A DNA stretch of 64,000 bases from an uncultured Candidatus Rokubacteria bacterium (GCA_963762145.1 CAVXJS010000009.1:672001-736000); one strand, 5' to 3'; positions 29,588 to 40,098 are shown, numbered from the stretch's first letter. Numbers and translations are program-made. The notes: a model not told the origin generated them from the letters alone.

Positions 29588-31996
29588 ATGAGAAAGGCGT
29601 TATCGGACAAGGAACTGAAATTGATCCATGCCTACTGGAGGGCGGCGAACTATCTCTCGGTGGGGCAGATCTATCTCTACGATAACCCGCTTCTGAAAAA
29701 GCCACTGACCAAGGAACATGTGAAGCCGAGGCTGCTGGGTCACTGGGGCACCACCCCGGGCCTGAATTTCATCTATGCCCATATGAATCGCGCGATCAAG
29801 GCACGGGACCTCAGCCTGATCTACATCATCGGCCCGGGTCACGGCGGTCCCGGCATCGTCGCCAATGCCTACATGGAAGGCACCTACTCGGAGGTGTATC
29901 CGAACATTGCACAGGACGAAGAGGGAATGAACCGGCTGTTCAAGCAGTTCTCCTTCCCTGGAGGCATTCCCAGTCACGTGGCACCCGAGACCCCCGGCTC
30001 GATCCACGAAGGCGGCGAACTGGGGTATGCGCTCTCTCACGCGTACGGGGCTGCGTATGACAATCCCGACCTGATCGTTGCCTGCGTCGTCGGCGACGGC
30101 GAAGCCGAGACCGGGCCCCTGGCAACCTCCTGGCATTCCAACAAGTTCCTCAACCCGGCGACCGACGGAGCAGTGCTGCCGATCCTCCACCTGAACGGGT
30201 ACAAGATCGCCAATCCTTGCGTGCTGGCTCGTATCAGCCACGAAGAACTGGATCAGCTCTTTCGCGGTTATGGTTACACACCCCATTTTGTCGAGGGCAG
30301 CGATCCGGCCAAGATGCACCAGCTCATGGCCGGCGCGGTGGACACCTGCATGGAGGACATCCGCCGCATCCAGACCCAGGCGCGGACGCGGGGTGTGAAG
30401 GCGCGGCCGCGCTGGCCGATGATCATCCTCCGTTCGCCGAAGGGGTGGACCTGCCCGAAGGAGATCGACGGTAAACGGACCGAGGACTACTGGCGCAGCC
30501 ACCAGGTCCCAATGGGTGAAATGCACGACAAGCCCGGGCACGTGAAGCTCCTCGAGAAATGGATGAAGAGCTACAAGCCGGAGGAGCTGTTCGACAAGAC
30601 TGGTCGGCTGAAGCCCGAGCTCGCTGATCTGCCGCCGAAGGGCAAGCGCCGCATGAGCGACAATCCGCACGCCAACGGCGGCCTTCTGCTCAAGGACCTG
30701 CTTCTACCGGACTTCCGCGACTATGCCGTCGAGGTCACGACACCGGGCGCCATCTCGATCGAGTCCACCCGCCTCATGGGGAAGTTCCTGCGCGACACGA
30801 TGAAGCTGAACATGGAGAGCCGGAATTTCCGTCTGTTCAGTCCGGACGAGAACAATTCAAACCGCTGGCAAGATGTGCTGGAGGTCACGAACCGCACGTG
30901 GATGGCGGATCGCTATCCATACGATGATCATCTGGCTCCGGACGGCCGCGTGATGGAGATGCTCAGTGAGCACCAATGCCAGGGGTGGCTGGAAGGGTAT
31001 CTCTTGACCGGGCGGCACGGATTCTTTTCCTGCTACGAGGCCTTCATTCATATCATCGACTCGATGTTCAACCAGCACGCCAAGTGGCTGAAGGTGTGCC
31101 ACGACATTCCTTGGCGTCGACCGATTGCCTCGCTCAACTATCTCTTGTCTTCCCACGTCTGGCGGCAGGATCACAACGGGTTCAGTCACCAAGACCCCGG
31201 ATTCATCGATCACGTGGTGAACAAAAAATCGGAGATCGTGCGTGTCTATCTGCCGCCGGATGCGAACACTCTGCTGTCGGTCACCGATCACTGTCTGCGG
31301 AGCCGTAACTATGTGAACGTCGTCGTAGCGGGCAAGCAGCCTGCTCCGCAATGGTTGACGATGGACCAGGCGATCAAGCACTGCACGGCGGGCATCGGAA
31401 TCTGGGAATGGGCCAGCAACGACAAGGGAGGAGATCCAGATGTCGTTCTGGCCTGTTGCGGGGACGTGCCTACGCTGGAGACTCTGGCCGCGGTGGATCT
31501 GTTTCGTCAGCATCTCCCGGCGCTGAAGATCCGCGTCATCAACGTCGTCAACTTGATGACCCTGCAACCGCAGAAGGAGCACCCGCATGGCCTGTCCGAC
31601 CAGGACTTCGATGCACTGTTCACCAAGGACAAGCCGATCGTGTTTGCCTTCCACGGCTACCCGTGGTTGATCCATCGGCTCACGTACCGGCGGACCAACC
31701 ACGGAAACTTGCACGTGCGCGGCTACAAGGAGGAAGGCACAACGAGCACGCCGTTCGACATGGTGGTGATGAACGATCTCGACCGGTTTCACCTCTTCGG
31801 CGACGTGATCGATCGACTCCCGGAGCTCGGGTCCCGCGCCGCCTATGCCAAGCAAGCGGTCCGCGACAAGCTCCTCGAGCACAAGGAGTACATCGCCAAG
31901 CACGGTGAGGACATGCCCGAGATCACCGACTGGCAGTGGGGTCGGGTCAAGGCGCAAACGAGGCGGAGAACCACGACGGAGGGAGACAACGTCTAG
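29588..31996 (+). CDS. xfp: Xylulose-5-phosphate/fructose-6-phosphate phosphoketolase
   Basis: [49 protein letters not shown]. Confidence 0.97.
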   Translation: MRKALSDKELKLIHAYWRAANYLSVGQIYLYDNPLLKKPLTKEHVKPRLLGHWGTTPGLNFIYAHMNRAIKARDLSLIYIIGPGHGGPGIVANAYMEGTYSEVYPNIAQDEEGMNRLFKQFSFPGGIPSHVAPETPGSIHEGGELGYALSHAYGAAYDNPDLIVACVVGDGEAETGPLATSWHSNKFLNPATDGAVLPILHLNGYKIANPCVLARISHEELDQLFRGYGYTPHFVEGSDPAKMHQLMAGAVDTCMEDIRRIQTQARTRGVKARPRWPMIILRSPKGWTCPKEIDGKRTEDYWRSHQVPMGEMHDKPGHVKLLEKWMKSYKPEELFDKTGRLKPELADLPPKGKRRMSDNPHANGGLLLKDLLLPDFRDYAVEVTTPGAISIESTRLMGKFLRDTMKLNMESRNFRLFSPDENNSNRWQDVLEVTNRTWMADRYPYDDHLAPDGRVMEMLSEHQCQGWLEGYLLTGRHGFFSCYEAFIHIIDSMFNQHAKWLKVCHDIPWRRPIASLNYLLSSHVWRQDHNGFSHQDPGFIDHVVNKKSEIVRVYLPPDANTLLSVTDHCLRSRNYVNVVVAGKQPAPQWLTMDQAIKHCTAGIGIWEWASNDKGGDPDVVLACCGDVPTLETLAAVDLFRQHLPALKIRVINVVNLMTLQPQKEHPHGLSDQDFDALFTKDKPIVFAFHGYPWLIHRLTYRRTNHGNLHVRGYKEEGTTSTPFDMVVMNDLDRFHLFGDVIDRLPELGSRAAYAKQAVRDKLLEHKEYIAKHGEDMPEITDWQWGRVKAQTRRRTTTEGDNV

Positions 31997-32011
31997 GCTG
32001 GAGGGCACGCG

Positions 32012-32506
32012 ATGCAAGTCTTGCTGATCCGGCACGCCGCCGCGGTGCCCGCCGGAACACCCGGCATCGCGGACGACGAGCGCCGGCTGACCCCGAAGGG
32101 CGAGGCCAAGTTCCGCGTGGCCGCGAAGGGGCTGGCGCGCATCGCCTCCCGACCCGATGTGCTCCTGACGAGCCCGCTACCGCGCGCGCGGCAGACCGCT
32201 GAGATTGCCGCGCGCGCGTTCAAGCGGATCGAGCCCACCGTCGAGCCGGCCCTGGCCGGCGGGCCCGTATCCGGCATTCTGAGTGCTCTCGGAACGCACG
32301 AGGCCGACGCCCTGGTCGGCCTCGTCGGCCACGAGCCCACGCTCTCCGACCTCCTGGCGCACCTGCTCGGGGCCCGCGCGGGCGACCCGTTCGCGTTCAA
32401 GAAAGGAGGCGCCGCGCTCGTGGACCTGCCCGACGGGCCCTCGGAGCCGGGTCGTCTCCTCTGGTTCCTGAAGCCCCGCGTGTTGAGAGCGCTCGCGGAC
32501 GACTAG
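32012..32506 (+). CDS. sixA: Phosphohistidine phosphatase SixA
   Basis: LIRHA, RRLTPKG, TSPLPRARQTAEI, VGHEP, FKKGG. Confidence 0.9.
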   Translation: MQVLLIRHAAAVPAGTPGIADDERRLTPKGEAKFRVAAKGLARIASRPDVLLTSPLPRARQTAEIAARAFKRIEPTVEPALAGGPVSGILSALGTHEADALVGLVGHEPTLSDLLAHLLGARAGDPFAFKKGGAALVDLPDGPSEPGRLLWFLKPRVLRALADD

Positions 32507-32518
32507 ACGAACGGACGT

Positions 32519-33364
32519 CTACTCCGCGCCCTCTCCGCGCAGCGTCGGGTCCAGGAGATCGCGCAGCCCGTCGCCCAGAAGGTTCAGCCCGAGGACGGTG
32601 ACCATGATCGCGGCGCCGGAGAGGCCCGAGATCCACGGCGCGTTCTGCAGGAACGAGCGGCCGTCGCTGATCACCGCGCCCCACGTCGCGGCCGGGGGCT
32701 GCACCCCCAGGCCCAGGAAGCTCAGCGACGACTCGACCAGGATCGCGTCCGCCGCGCTCACCGTGACCATGACGAGCACGGGAGCCAGGCAATTCGGCAC
32801 CACGTGGCGGGTCAGGACGTGCCAGTGGGTGCTCCCGAGCGCGATCGCGGCGAGGACGAACTCGCGCTCCCGCACCGTCAGGGTGACCGCGCGCTGCAGG
32901 CGGGCAAACCGCGGCAGGAACGCCACCGCCACCGCGATGATGACGTTCAGCAGGCTCGAGCCGAGCCCGGCCATGACCGCGAGGGCGAGCAGCAGCGCCG
33001 GGAATGCCAGCATCATGTCCACCACCCGCATCGTGACCAGGTCGAGGCGCCCGCCGAAGTACCCGGAGACGAGCCCCACGCCCGCGCCGCCGATCGCGGC
33101 CACGCCGACGACGATCAGGGCCACCAGGAGCGAGACGCGCGCGCCCCACACCACGCGACTCCAGACGTCGCGGCCGAAGTCGTCGGTGCCGAAGAGGTGG
33201 GCGCGGCTTGGCGGTCGGATGCGCTCGAGCAGGCTGTTGGCGATCGGGTCGTGGGTGGCGAGGATCGGCGCCAGCAGCGCGACGAACAACACCGTCGCGA
33301 GCACCACGATGCCCACCCAGACCGCGACGCTCCGGCGGAGCCGGGTGTACACGCGGCCGATCAC
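32519..33364 (-). CDS. Peptide/nickel ABC transporter permease (DppC-like)
   Basis: HLFGTDDFGRDVWSR, REFVLAA, LSFLGLG; GTGA overlap. Confidence 0.93.
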   Translation of the reverse strand: MIGRVYTRLRRSVAVWVGIVVLATVLFVALLAPILATHDPIANSLLERIRPPSRAHLFGTDDFGRDVWSRVVWGARVSLLVALIVVGVAAIGGAGVGLVSGYFGGRLDLVTMRVVDMMLAFPALLLALAVMAGLGSSLLNVIIAVAVAFLPRFARLQRAVTLTVREREFVLAAIALGSTHWHVLTRHVVPNCLAPVLVMVTVSAADAILVESSLSFLGLGVQPPAATWGAVISDGRSFLQNAPWISGLSGAAIMVTVLGLNLLGDGLRDLLDPTLRGEGAE

Positions 33365-34299
33365 GCCCGCACCCGGGGATCGAAGGCGGCGTAGAGCACG
33401 TCCACCACGACGTTGACCAGCACGATGCTGGTCGCGAACACCACGACCACGGCCTGCACCTGCGGGTAGTCGCGCTGATAGATCGACGAGATCAGCAGGC
33501 TGCCCATGCCCGGGCGGGCGAAGACCGTCTCCACCAGGATGGTGCCGCCGAGCTGGATCCCGAAGTTGGTCCCGACGATGGTCAGGATCGGCAGGGCCGC
33601 GTTGCGAAGCGCGTGCTTGGCGATGATGAGGACCTCCCGCAGGCCCTTGGCACGCGCGGTGCGGATGTAGTCCTGACGGATCACCTCGAGCATCGCGGAG
33701 CGCGTCATGCGCGTGACCATCGCGCCGAGCGACAATCCCAGGGCGAGCGCGGGCAGGACCAGGTGGTGCAGCGTGCTGAGCCATCCCCCGTCCCCGCCCG
33801 CGCCGATCGTCGGCGTCCAGCCGAGCGTGAAGGAGAAGAGCAGCAGGAGCAGCAACCCGAGCCAGAAGACGGGCATGGACATCCCGCCCAGGGCCAGCGT
33901 CATGGTGACGTAGTCGAGGGGGCGGTTGCGGCGCGTGGCCGCCAGGATGCCCGCCGGGATGCCGAGGAGCATGGACACGACGGCGCCCGCCACCGCGAGC
34001 TGCATGGTCGGGGCGAAGACCGCGAAGACCTCGAAGAAGGCGGGCCGCTGGGTGACGAGCGACTGACCGAAGTCGCCCCGCAACGCCCGCCCCACGAACG
34101 TCACGTACTGCATCGCCACGGAGCGGTCGAGCCCGAGGGCCTCGCGGAGGCGGGCGATCGACTCCTTGGTGGCGTAGTCCCCGAGCATCACCTGGGCCGG
34201 ATCGCCCGGGATCAGCCGCATGACGAGGAAGGCGATCGTGAAGGCGCCACCCACGCTCAGCCCCAGGAACGAGAGGCGCTGCAGCAGGAAGCGCTTCAC
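33361..34299 (-). CDS. Peptide/nickel ABC transporter permease (DppB-like)
   Basis: LIPGDPA, DYIRTARAKGL, RDYPQVQ. Confidence 0.93.
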   Translation of the reverse strand: MKRFLLQRLSFLGLSVGGAFTIAFLVMRLIPGDPAQVMLGDYATKESIARLREALGLDRSVAMQYVTFVGRALRGDFGQSLVTQRPAFFEVFAVFAPTMQLAVAGAVVSMLLGIPAGILAATRRNRPLDYVTMTLALGGMSMPVFWLGLLLLLLFSFTLGWTPTIGAGGDGGWLSTLHHLVLPALALGLSLGAMVTRMTRSAMLEVIRQDYIRTARAKGLREVLIIAKHALRNAALPILTIVGTNFGIQLGGTILVETVFARPGMGSLLISSIYQRDYPQVQAVVVVFATSIVLVNVVVDVLYAAFDPRVRA

Positions 34300-34310
34300 G
34301 ATCGCCCCGC

Positions 34311-35852
34311 CTACTTGTCGATCGTCACCCCGTAGGCGTTCATCGTGAACTGCGGGTCGGGGGCGAAGTTCTTGACGCCGGCCCGTGAGGCCGCGAAGAG
34401 GACGTCGTTGTAGAGCGGTACCACCGGCACGTCCTCGCGCAGCTTCACCTGGATCTGCCGGTAGATGGCGAGCCGCTTGCCGCGGTCCAGCTCGACCTGC
34501 GCGGTCTCCAGGAGCTCGTCGATGCCCGCGTAGCGGGCGGTGTTGAGGCCGGGAGGGAAGCTCGAGGAGTGCAGCAGGTTCCAGAGCGGCTGGTCCGGGT
34601 CGGCCGGGCCCGTCACCCCGGTGAGCACCACGTGCGGCGTACCGGCGCCGCGGGCCGCGAGGTAGGCGGCCCGCTCCAGGATCTGAACGCTGGCGTCGAT
34701 GCCGACCTTCCGGAGGTCGTCGGCCAGGAGGACCGCGATCTTGTCGTAGGGCTGCAGGGTGAAGGACGTCACCGTGATCTTGAAGCCGCCCGGATAGCCC
34801 GCCTCGCGCAGGAGGGCCTTGGCCTTCTCCGGGTCGTACGGCCACTCGGTCAGCTCCTTGGCCGACTCCGGGAAGCTCGCGGTCAGCACCCAGTTGGGCT
34901 GGCCCTTCAGGCCGCTGAAGAACACCTCGCGCATCGCCTTCAGGTCCAGCGCGTGGGCAATCGCGCGGCGGACGAGCGGCTTGCCGAGCGGCTCGTAGGT
35001 CGCGTTGAGGATCATGTTGATGGTGTGGTTCGCGGTGCGTCGGTGGACGGTGATGCCCGGCACCTTGGAGAGCCGGCCGATCACCTCCGCGTTCTGCAGG
35101 GCGTAGAAGACGTCGATCTCCCCGCGCTGCAGCGCGATCTCGGCGGTGGTCTCCTCCTGGATCACCCGGAAGACGATCCGGTCCAGCTGGGGCGCGCCCA
35201 GGAAGTACTCCTTGTTCGCGACGAGGACGACCTGGTTCTTGGGCGACCAGCTCTCGAAGACGAACGGTCCGGTGCCGATCGGCTCGGTGGCGTACTTGTC
35301 CCCGAGCTTCTCCATCGCCTTGCGGCTCACCACGAAGCCCTGGTTGTAGGCCGCGACCTTGTTGAGGAAGCCGGGGTACTTCGCCTTGAGCCGGATGCGC
35401 ACGGTGAGCGGATCGACGACCTCGATGGCCTCGACCAGCTTGAACTCGCCCTTGTAGCGCGACGCGGTCTGCGGGTCCAGGACGCGGTCGTAGGAGAACT
35501 TCACGTCGTCCGCGGTCAGCTCCCCGTAGCCCTTGTGCCACTTCACGCCCTTGCGGAGGCGGAAGGTATACGTCTTGCCGTCGGCCGACAGCTCCCACTT
35601 CTCCGCGAGGTCCGGCACGATGCCGCCGCTCTTCTCGTACTCGTAGCGGACGAGGCCGTTGAAGATGTGATTGCTGACCGTCTGGTTCTCGATGTTGAAC
35701 AGCTTGGCGGGATCGAGCGCGGTCATGTCCGAGCCGATCCGGACGCGGAGCACCTTCTCCTGCGCGAGCGCGGGCGCCGCCACCGCGATCGCACCCGCGA
35801 GCCCAACGAGGGCGAGCGCGAGAAGCCAGATGGCCGGCCGGCGGCGCCTCAT
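34311..35852 (-). CDS. ABC transporter substrate-binding protein, family 5
   Basis: Signal peptide; PDLAEKW...YTFRLRKGVKWH; PIGTGPF. Confidence 0.93.
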   Translation of the reverse strand: MRRRRPAIWLLALALVGLAGAIAVAAPALAQEKVLRVRIGSDMTALDPAKLFNIENQTVSNHIFNGLVRYEYEKSGGIVPDLAEKWELSADGKTYTFRLRKGVKWHKGYGELTADDVKFSYDRVLDPQTASRYKGEFKLVEAIEVVDPLTVRIRLKAKYPGFLNKVAAYNQGFVVSRKAMEKLGDKYATEPIGTGPFVFESWSPKNQVVLVANKEYFLGAPQLDRIVFRVIQEETTAEIALQRGEIDVFYALQNAEVIGRLSKVPGITVHRRTANHTINMILNATYEPLGKPLVRRAIAHALDLKAMREVFFSGLKGQPNWVLTASFPESAKELTEWPYDPEKAKALLREAGYPGGFKITVTSFTLQPYDKIAVLLADDLRKVGIDASVQILERAAYLAARGAGTPHVVLTGVTGPADPDQPLWNLLHSSSFPPGLNTARYAGIDELLETAQVELDRGKRLAIYRQIQVKLREDVPVVPLYNDVLFAASRAGVKNFAPDPQFTMNAYGVTIDK

Positions 35853-36505
35853 CGGGCGATCCCCGACGCGGGGATGCGCTCGAGCGCGGCGAGGACCTCG
35901 TCCACGTCCATCACGTCGCCGTACTTGGAATCCATGTCGAAGAGATTGACCACGTGGGTGAGCGGCACGCGGTCCGCCACGCACTGGCGCGGAATGACCA
36001 CCCGGAAGCCCGACGAGACCGCGTCCACCACCGTCGCCCGCACGCAGCCGCTGGTGGAGTCGCCGGTGACGATCACGGTGTCCACCCCGCAGGTGGTGAG
36101 ATACGAGTGCAGGCTCGTGCCGTAGAACCCGGACGGGAACCGCTTCTCGAGCACCAGCTCCCCGGAACGCGGGGCGAGCTCGGGCACGATCTGCACTTCC
36201 TTCGACCCCGGACGCAGCGCCTCGAGGCTGGGGATCTTCTTGACGAACCACCCGCCGTCCCGGAAGTGCTCCTCGGTGTACACCACCGTGGTGTGGACGA
36301 CCGGGAACTGCTTGGCGCGCGCGAGGTCGAGCAGGCGGCGGATGTTGCGGATCTCCTCGTCCATCGCGATGGCCATCGAGGACACCGCCGGGTCCGAGCA
36401 GCCGTGGTTGCAGTCGATCACGAGGAGCGCGGGGCGCTCGCCGAAACCGGTCCGCCGGCTGAAGCCGATACTCGCGTAGTAGCGCTCCGCTTCCTTGAGA
36501 TCCAT
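35849..36505 (-). CDS. Isochorismatase-family amidohydrolase (NicF/N-carbamoylsarcosine amidase-like)
   Basis: RPALLVID, EKRFPSGF, GDSTSGCVRAT. Confidence 0.9.
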   Translation of the reverse strand: MDLKEAERYYASIGFSRRTGFGERPALLVIDCNHGCSDPAVSSMAIAMDEEIRNIRRLLDLARAKQFPVVHTTVVYTEEHFRDGGWFVKKIPSLEALRPGSKEVQIVPELAPRSGELVLEKRFPSGFYGTSLHSYLTTCGVDTVIVTGDSTSGCVRATVVDAVSSGFRVVIPRQCVADRVPLTHVVNLFDMDSKYGDVMDVDEVLAALERIPASGIAR

Positions 36506-36555
36506 GGGGTGGTCCTCCTGTGCCGGCGGGTGCGTCGGGACGGGTCGGAGAGCGG

Positions 36556-36822
36556 CTACCGCCGCTTGCCGCTCTGGGCCTTCTCCTGCGCCTGCTGCAC
36601 CACCTGCTCGAGCGCCTCGCGCCGCTGTTTCTCGCTGTTGAGCTCGTCGGTCAGCTGCTTGATCCTGGCCTGCACCTGGCCGCGCTCGTCGGCCTGGCGC
36701 ACCTTCAACGTCTCGATCTCGGTGCTCTGGCGGCCGCCTTCCCACCAGCTCAGGGCGGCCGCGCCGACGATCAGACCGATCAGGAGCGCCAGCAGGGATC
36801 CGAACACGCTCGACCCGCTCAT
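36556..36822 (-). CDS. Small membrane-anchored coiled-coil protein
   Basis: GAGGAGG RBS; TM segment then heptad-rich helix. Confidence 0.75.
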   Translation of the reverse strand: MSGSSVFGSLLALLIGLIVGAAALSWWEGGRQSTEIETLKVRQADERGQVQARIKQLTDELNSEKQRREALEQVVQQAQEKAQSGKRR

Positions 36823-36844
36823 GGCCGTCCTCCTCTCTCGCCGG

Positions 36845-39352
36845 TTAGTGCCTGGCCGCCGCGGGGGAGACCGCGCTGTCCGACTTGATCCGCATGCCGT
36901 AGAACGAGCGCGCCACGAAGATCACCGAGACGACGAAGAAGATGGCGGCCAGCACCGAGGTGAAGGCGGTGCCGCGCTCCGCGCTCAGGGAGACGGCCAG
37001 CTCGACCGCGAGCAGGCCGAACAGCGTGGTGAACTTGATGATCGGGTTCATGGCCACCGAGGAGGTGTCCTTGAACGGATCGCCGACGGTGTCGCCCACC
37101 ACGGTGGCCGCGTGCAGCGGGGTGCCCTTCTCCTTCAGGTCCACCTCGACCACCTTCTTGGCGTTGTCCCAGGCCCCGCCCGCGTTGGCCATGAAGATGG
37201 CCTGGTAGAGGCCGAACAGCGCGATCGAGATGAGGTAGCCCACGAAGAAGTACGGCTCCACGAAAGCAAAGGCCAGCGTGACGAAGAACACCGCGAGGAA
37301 GATGTTGAACATGCCCTTCTGGGCGTACTGGGTGCAGATCTCGACCACCCGCTTGCTGTCGGCGACCGAGGCCTTGGTGACGCCCTCGAGGCGGATGTTG
37401 GCCTTGATGAACTCCACCGCCCGGTAGGCGCCGGTGGTCACCGCCTGGGTGGAGGCGCCGGTGAACCAGTAGATGATGGCGCCGCCGCTGATGAGGCCGA
37501 GCAGGAACGGGGCGTGCAGCAGCGAGAGCTTGTCCAGGTTCTGGGTGAGCCCGTGGGTGAGCAGCACGATGATCGAGAAGATCATGGTGGTCGCGCCCAC
37601 TACCGCGGTGCCGATCAGCACCGGCTTGGCGGTCGCCTTGAAGGTGTTGCCCGCCCCGTCGTTCTCTTCGAGCAGGTGCTTGGCCGCCTCGAAGTTGACG
37701 TCGAAGCCGTAGTCCTTCTTGAGCTGCGGCTTGATGCCGGGCATCGTCTCGATCACGGACAGCTCGAACACGGACTGGGCGTTGTCGGTGACCGGACCGT
37801 AGGAGTCCACCGCGATGGTCACCGGGCCCATGCCCAGGAAGCCGAAGGCCACGAGGCCGAACGCGAAGACCGCGGGCGCGGCCATCAGGGCGCCGAGCCC
37901 CAGCGTGCTGACCCCGTAGGCGATGCTCATCAGCAGCACCATGGTCAGGCCCAGCCAGTACGCACTGAAGTTGCCCGCGACGAGGCCGGAGAGGATACCG
38001 AGCGACGCCCCGCCCTCGCGGGCCGAGGTGACGACCTCGCGCACGTGGGCCGAGCTGGTGGAGGTGAAGACCTTGACGAACTCCGGAATGATGGCTCCGG
38101 CCAGCGTGCCGCAGGTGATGACCGTCGAGAGCTTCCACCAGAGGCTACCGTCGCCGAGATCGGGGATCATGATCCAGGAGGCCGCGTAGGTCAGCACCAC
38201 CGACACGATCGAGGTGAGCCACACCAGGCTCGTCAGGGGGGCCTCGAAGTTCATCTTGAGCGCCGAGCCGTAGCGGGCCTTCGCGAAGGCCTCGTTGACC
38301 AGGTAGGAGCCGCCGCTCGCCAGGATCATGATGATGCGCATCACGAAGATCCACACCAGGAGCTGGACCTGCACCAGCTCCTTGGGCACCGCGAGCAGGA
38401 TGAAGGTGATCAGGGCGACCCCGGTGACGCCGTAGGTCTCGAACCCGTCCGCGGTGGGACCGACCGAGTCGCCCGCGTTGTCTCCCGTGCAGTCCGCGAT
38501 GACGCCGGGGTTCCGCGCGTCGTCCTCCTTGATGTTGAACACGATCTTCATCAGGTCGGAGCCGATGTCCGCGATCTTGGTGAAGATGCCGCCCGCGATG
38601 CGCAAGGCGGCCGCCCCGAGCGACTCGCCGATGGCGAACCCGATGAAGCAGGCCCCCGCGTAGTCCCCCGGAATGTAGAGAAGGATGCACAGCATGATGA
38701 ACAGCTCGACGCTCACCAGCAGCATGCCGATGCTCATCCCCGCCTTGAGCGGAATCGCGTAGACCGGAAAGGGCAGCCCCTTGAGGCTCGCGAAGGCGGT
38801 GCGGGAGTTCGCGAAGGTGTTGATGCGGATCCCGAACCACGCCACCCCGTAGCTGCCGAGGATGCCGACCACGCTGAAGAGCAGGATGATGATGACCTTG
38901 GTGGCCTCGAAGTGCTGCAGGATGCCGAAGTAGAAGACGATGATCACCGCGATGAACAGTTCCAGGATCATGAGGAACTTGCCCTGGGTGATCAGGTACG
39001 TCTTGCAGGTCTCGTAGATCAGCTCGGAGATCTCCCGCATGGACTGGTGCACGGGCAGGTTCTTGAGCTGGGAGTAGATGACCAGGCCGAAGGCCAGCCC
39101 CAGCAGGCAGATCAGGAGACCCCACTGCAGCATGGTCCGTCCCGTCATGCCCACGAAGCTGGCCTGGGAGAGGTCGGGCAGCTTCAGGGAGGCTTCTCCC
39201 CCGCTGTGCGCCGGCGCGGCCACCTGGGCCGCGGGGGCGGGAGTCTGGGCCTGCGCGGCCGGGGCGAGCCCCGGCGCGAGCACGCTCAGGACGAGCAGCA
39301 CCCAGACGAGCGGGGTGAGCGCGCGCCGGGACAGGTGCCGAATCGCTTCCAT
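36845..39352 (-). CDS. hppA: Membrane-integral pyrophosphatase, K+-independent divergent type
   Basis: GGIFTKIADIGSDL, EDDARNPGVIADCTGDNAGD, GNTFKA, GDTVGDPFKDT. Confidence 0.95.
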   Translation of the reverse strand: MEAIRHLSRRALTPLVWVLLVLSVLAPGLAPAAQAQTPAPAAQVAAPAHSGGEASLKLPDLSQASFVGMTGRTMLQWGLLICLLGLAFGLVIYSQLKNLPVHQSMREISELIYETCKTYLITQGKFLMILELFIAVIIVFYFGILQHFEATKVIIILLFSVVGILGSYGVAWFGIRINTFANSRTAFASLKGLPFPVYAIPLKAGMSIGMLLVSVELFIMLCILLYIPGDYAGACFIGFAIGESLGAAALRIAGGIFTKIADIGSDLMKIVFNIKEDDARNPGVIADCTGDNAGDSVGPTADGFETYGVTGVALITFILLAVPKELVQVQLLVWIFVMRIIMILASGGSYLVNEAFAKARYGSALKMNFEAPLTSLVWLTSIVSVVLTYAASWIMIPDLGDGSLWWKLSTVITCGTLAGAIIPEFVKVFTSTSSAHVREVVTSAREGGASLGILSGLVAGNFSAYWLGLTMVLLMSIAYGVSTLGLGALMAAPAVFAFGLVAFGFLGMGPVTIAVDSYGPVTDNAQSVFELSVIETMPGIKPQLKKDYGFDVNFEAAKHLLEENDGAGNTFKATAKPVLIGTAVVGATTMIFSIIVLLTHGLTQNLDKLSLLHAPFLLGLISGGAIIYWFTGASTQAVTTGAYRAVEFIKANIRLEGVTKASVADSKRVVEICTQYAQKGMFNIFLAVFFVTLAFAFVEPYFFVGYLISIALFGLYQAIFMANAGGAWDNAKKVVEVDLKEKGTPLHAATVVGDTVGDPFKDTSSVAMNPIIKFTTLFGLLAVELAVSLSAERGTAFTSVLAAIFFVVSVIFVARSFYGMRIKSDSAVSPAAARH

Positions 39353-39515
39353 AGTCCGAATCTCCTCGTTGAGCGAGTTTCGTTGAGCCAGTTCGATGAG
39401 TAGGTCAGGACGGCACGGACGCCCGAAGCCCAGCTGGGACCGAGAACCCAACTTGGGTTTATACCCCACGCGGCCCGCGCCCGTCAATTCGCCGGAGCCG
39501 ACCACGCGCCCCGCG

Positions 39516-39770
39516 TCACTCCCGCAGGAGGCTCTCGATCTCCTCGCGATTCACCCCGAAGCCGTCGAAGACGCGGTCGCCGATGACGACGGTGGGCACG
39601 CCGAGGCGACCCGCGCGCGCGAAGAGATCGAGGCTCGCGTCGGGATCTCGGCCCACGTCGCGCACGTCCACCGCCACCCCGCGGGTCTGGAAGAAAGCGA
39701 GCGCGGCTTCGCCGTCGGCGTTGCCTTCCATGGTAAAGAGCAGGGCCTTTTTCACCGGGGCGTCCACCAT
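39516..39770 (-). CDS. Glutaredoxin/NrdH-like protein lacking cysteines
   Basis: LFTMEGNADGEAAL...DVRDV..DP...GVPTVVIGDRVFDGF. Confidence 0.7.
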   Translation of the reverse strand: MVDAPVKKALLFTMEGNADGEAALAFFQTRGVAVDVRDVGRDPDASLDLFARAGRLGVPTVVIGDRVFDGFGVNREEIESLLRE

Positions 39771-39825
39771 ACCATCTCGTCCTTGACGCTCCAACGTCCG
39801 GTTTGCTAGCATCCGCCCCCGCCAC

Positions 39826-40098
39826 ATGAACCGGGTGGATCTCGTGACCGCGATGGCCGCGTCGAGCGGCTGGACGAAGGCGGGCGCCGATCGCGCGCTA
39901 CGCGCCTTCCTCGAGTCGGTGCGCACTTCGCTCAAGCGTGGCCAGCCGGTGACGCTCGTGGGCTTCGGCACCTTCTCGGTGACCCGGCGCAAGCCGCGGA
40001 AGGGCAAGAATCCGCGCACCGGGCAGCCCATGCACGTGGCGGGCGGGCGGACGCCGCGCTTCAAGCCCTCCAAGGAGCTCAAGCGCGCGGTCCGTTAG
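39826..40098 (+). CDS. hup: HU family DNA-binding protein
   Basis: LVGFGTF, GKNPRTG, PRFKPSKELK. Confidence 0.96.
   Translation: MNRVDLVTAMAASSGWTKAGADRALRAFLESVRTSLKRGQPVTLVGFGTFSVTRRKPRKGKNPRTGQPMHVAGGRTPRFKPSKELKRAVR

Noticed and set aside
35954-39403. Long antisense ORFs such as 35954-39403, 16761-19184 and 57356-59851
   Set aside because: Shadow frames of GC-rich genes on the opposite strand, with no recognisable motifs.
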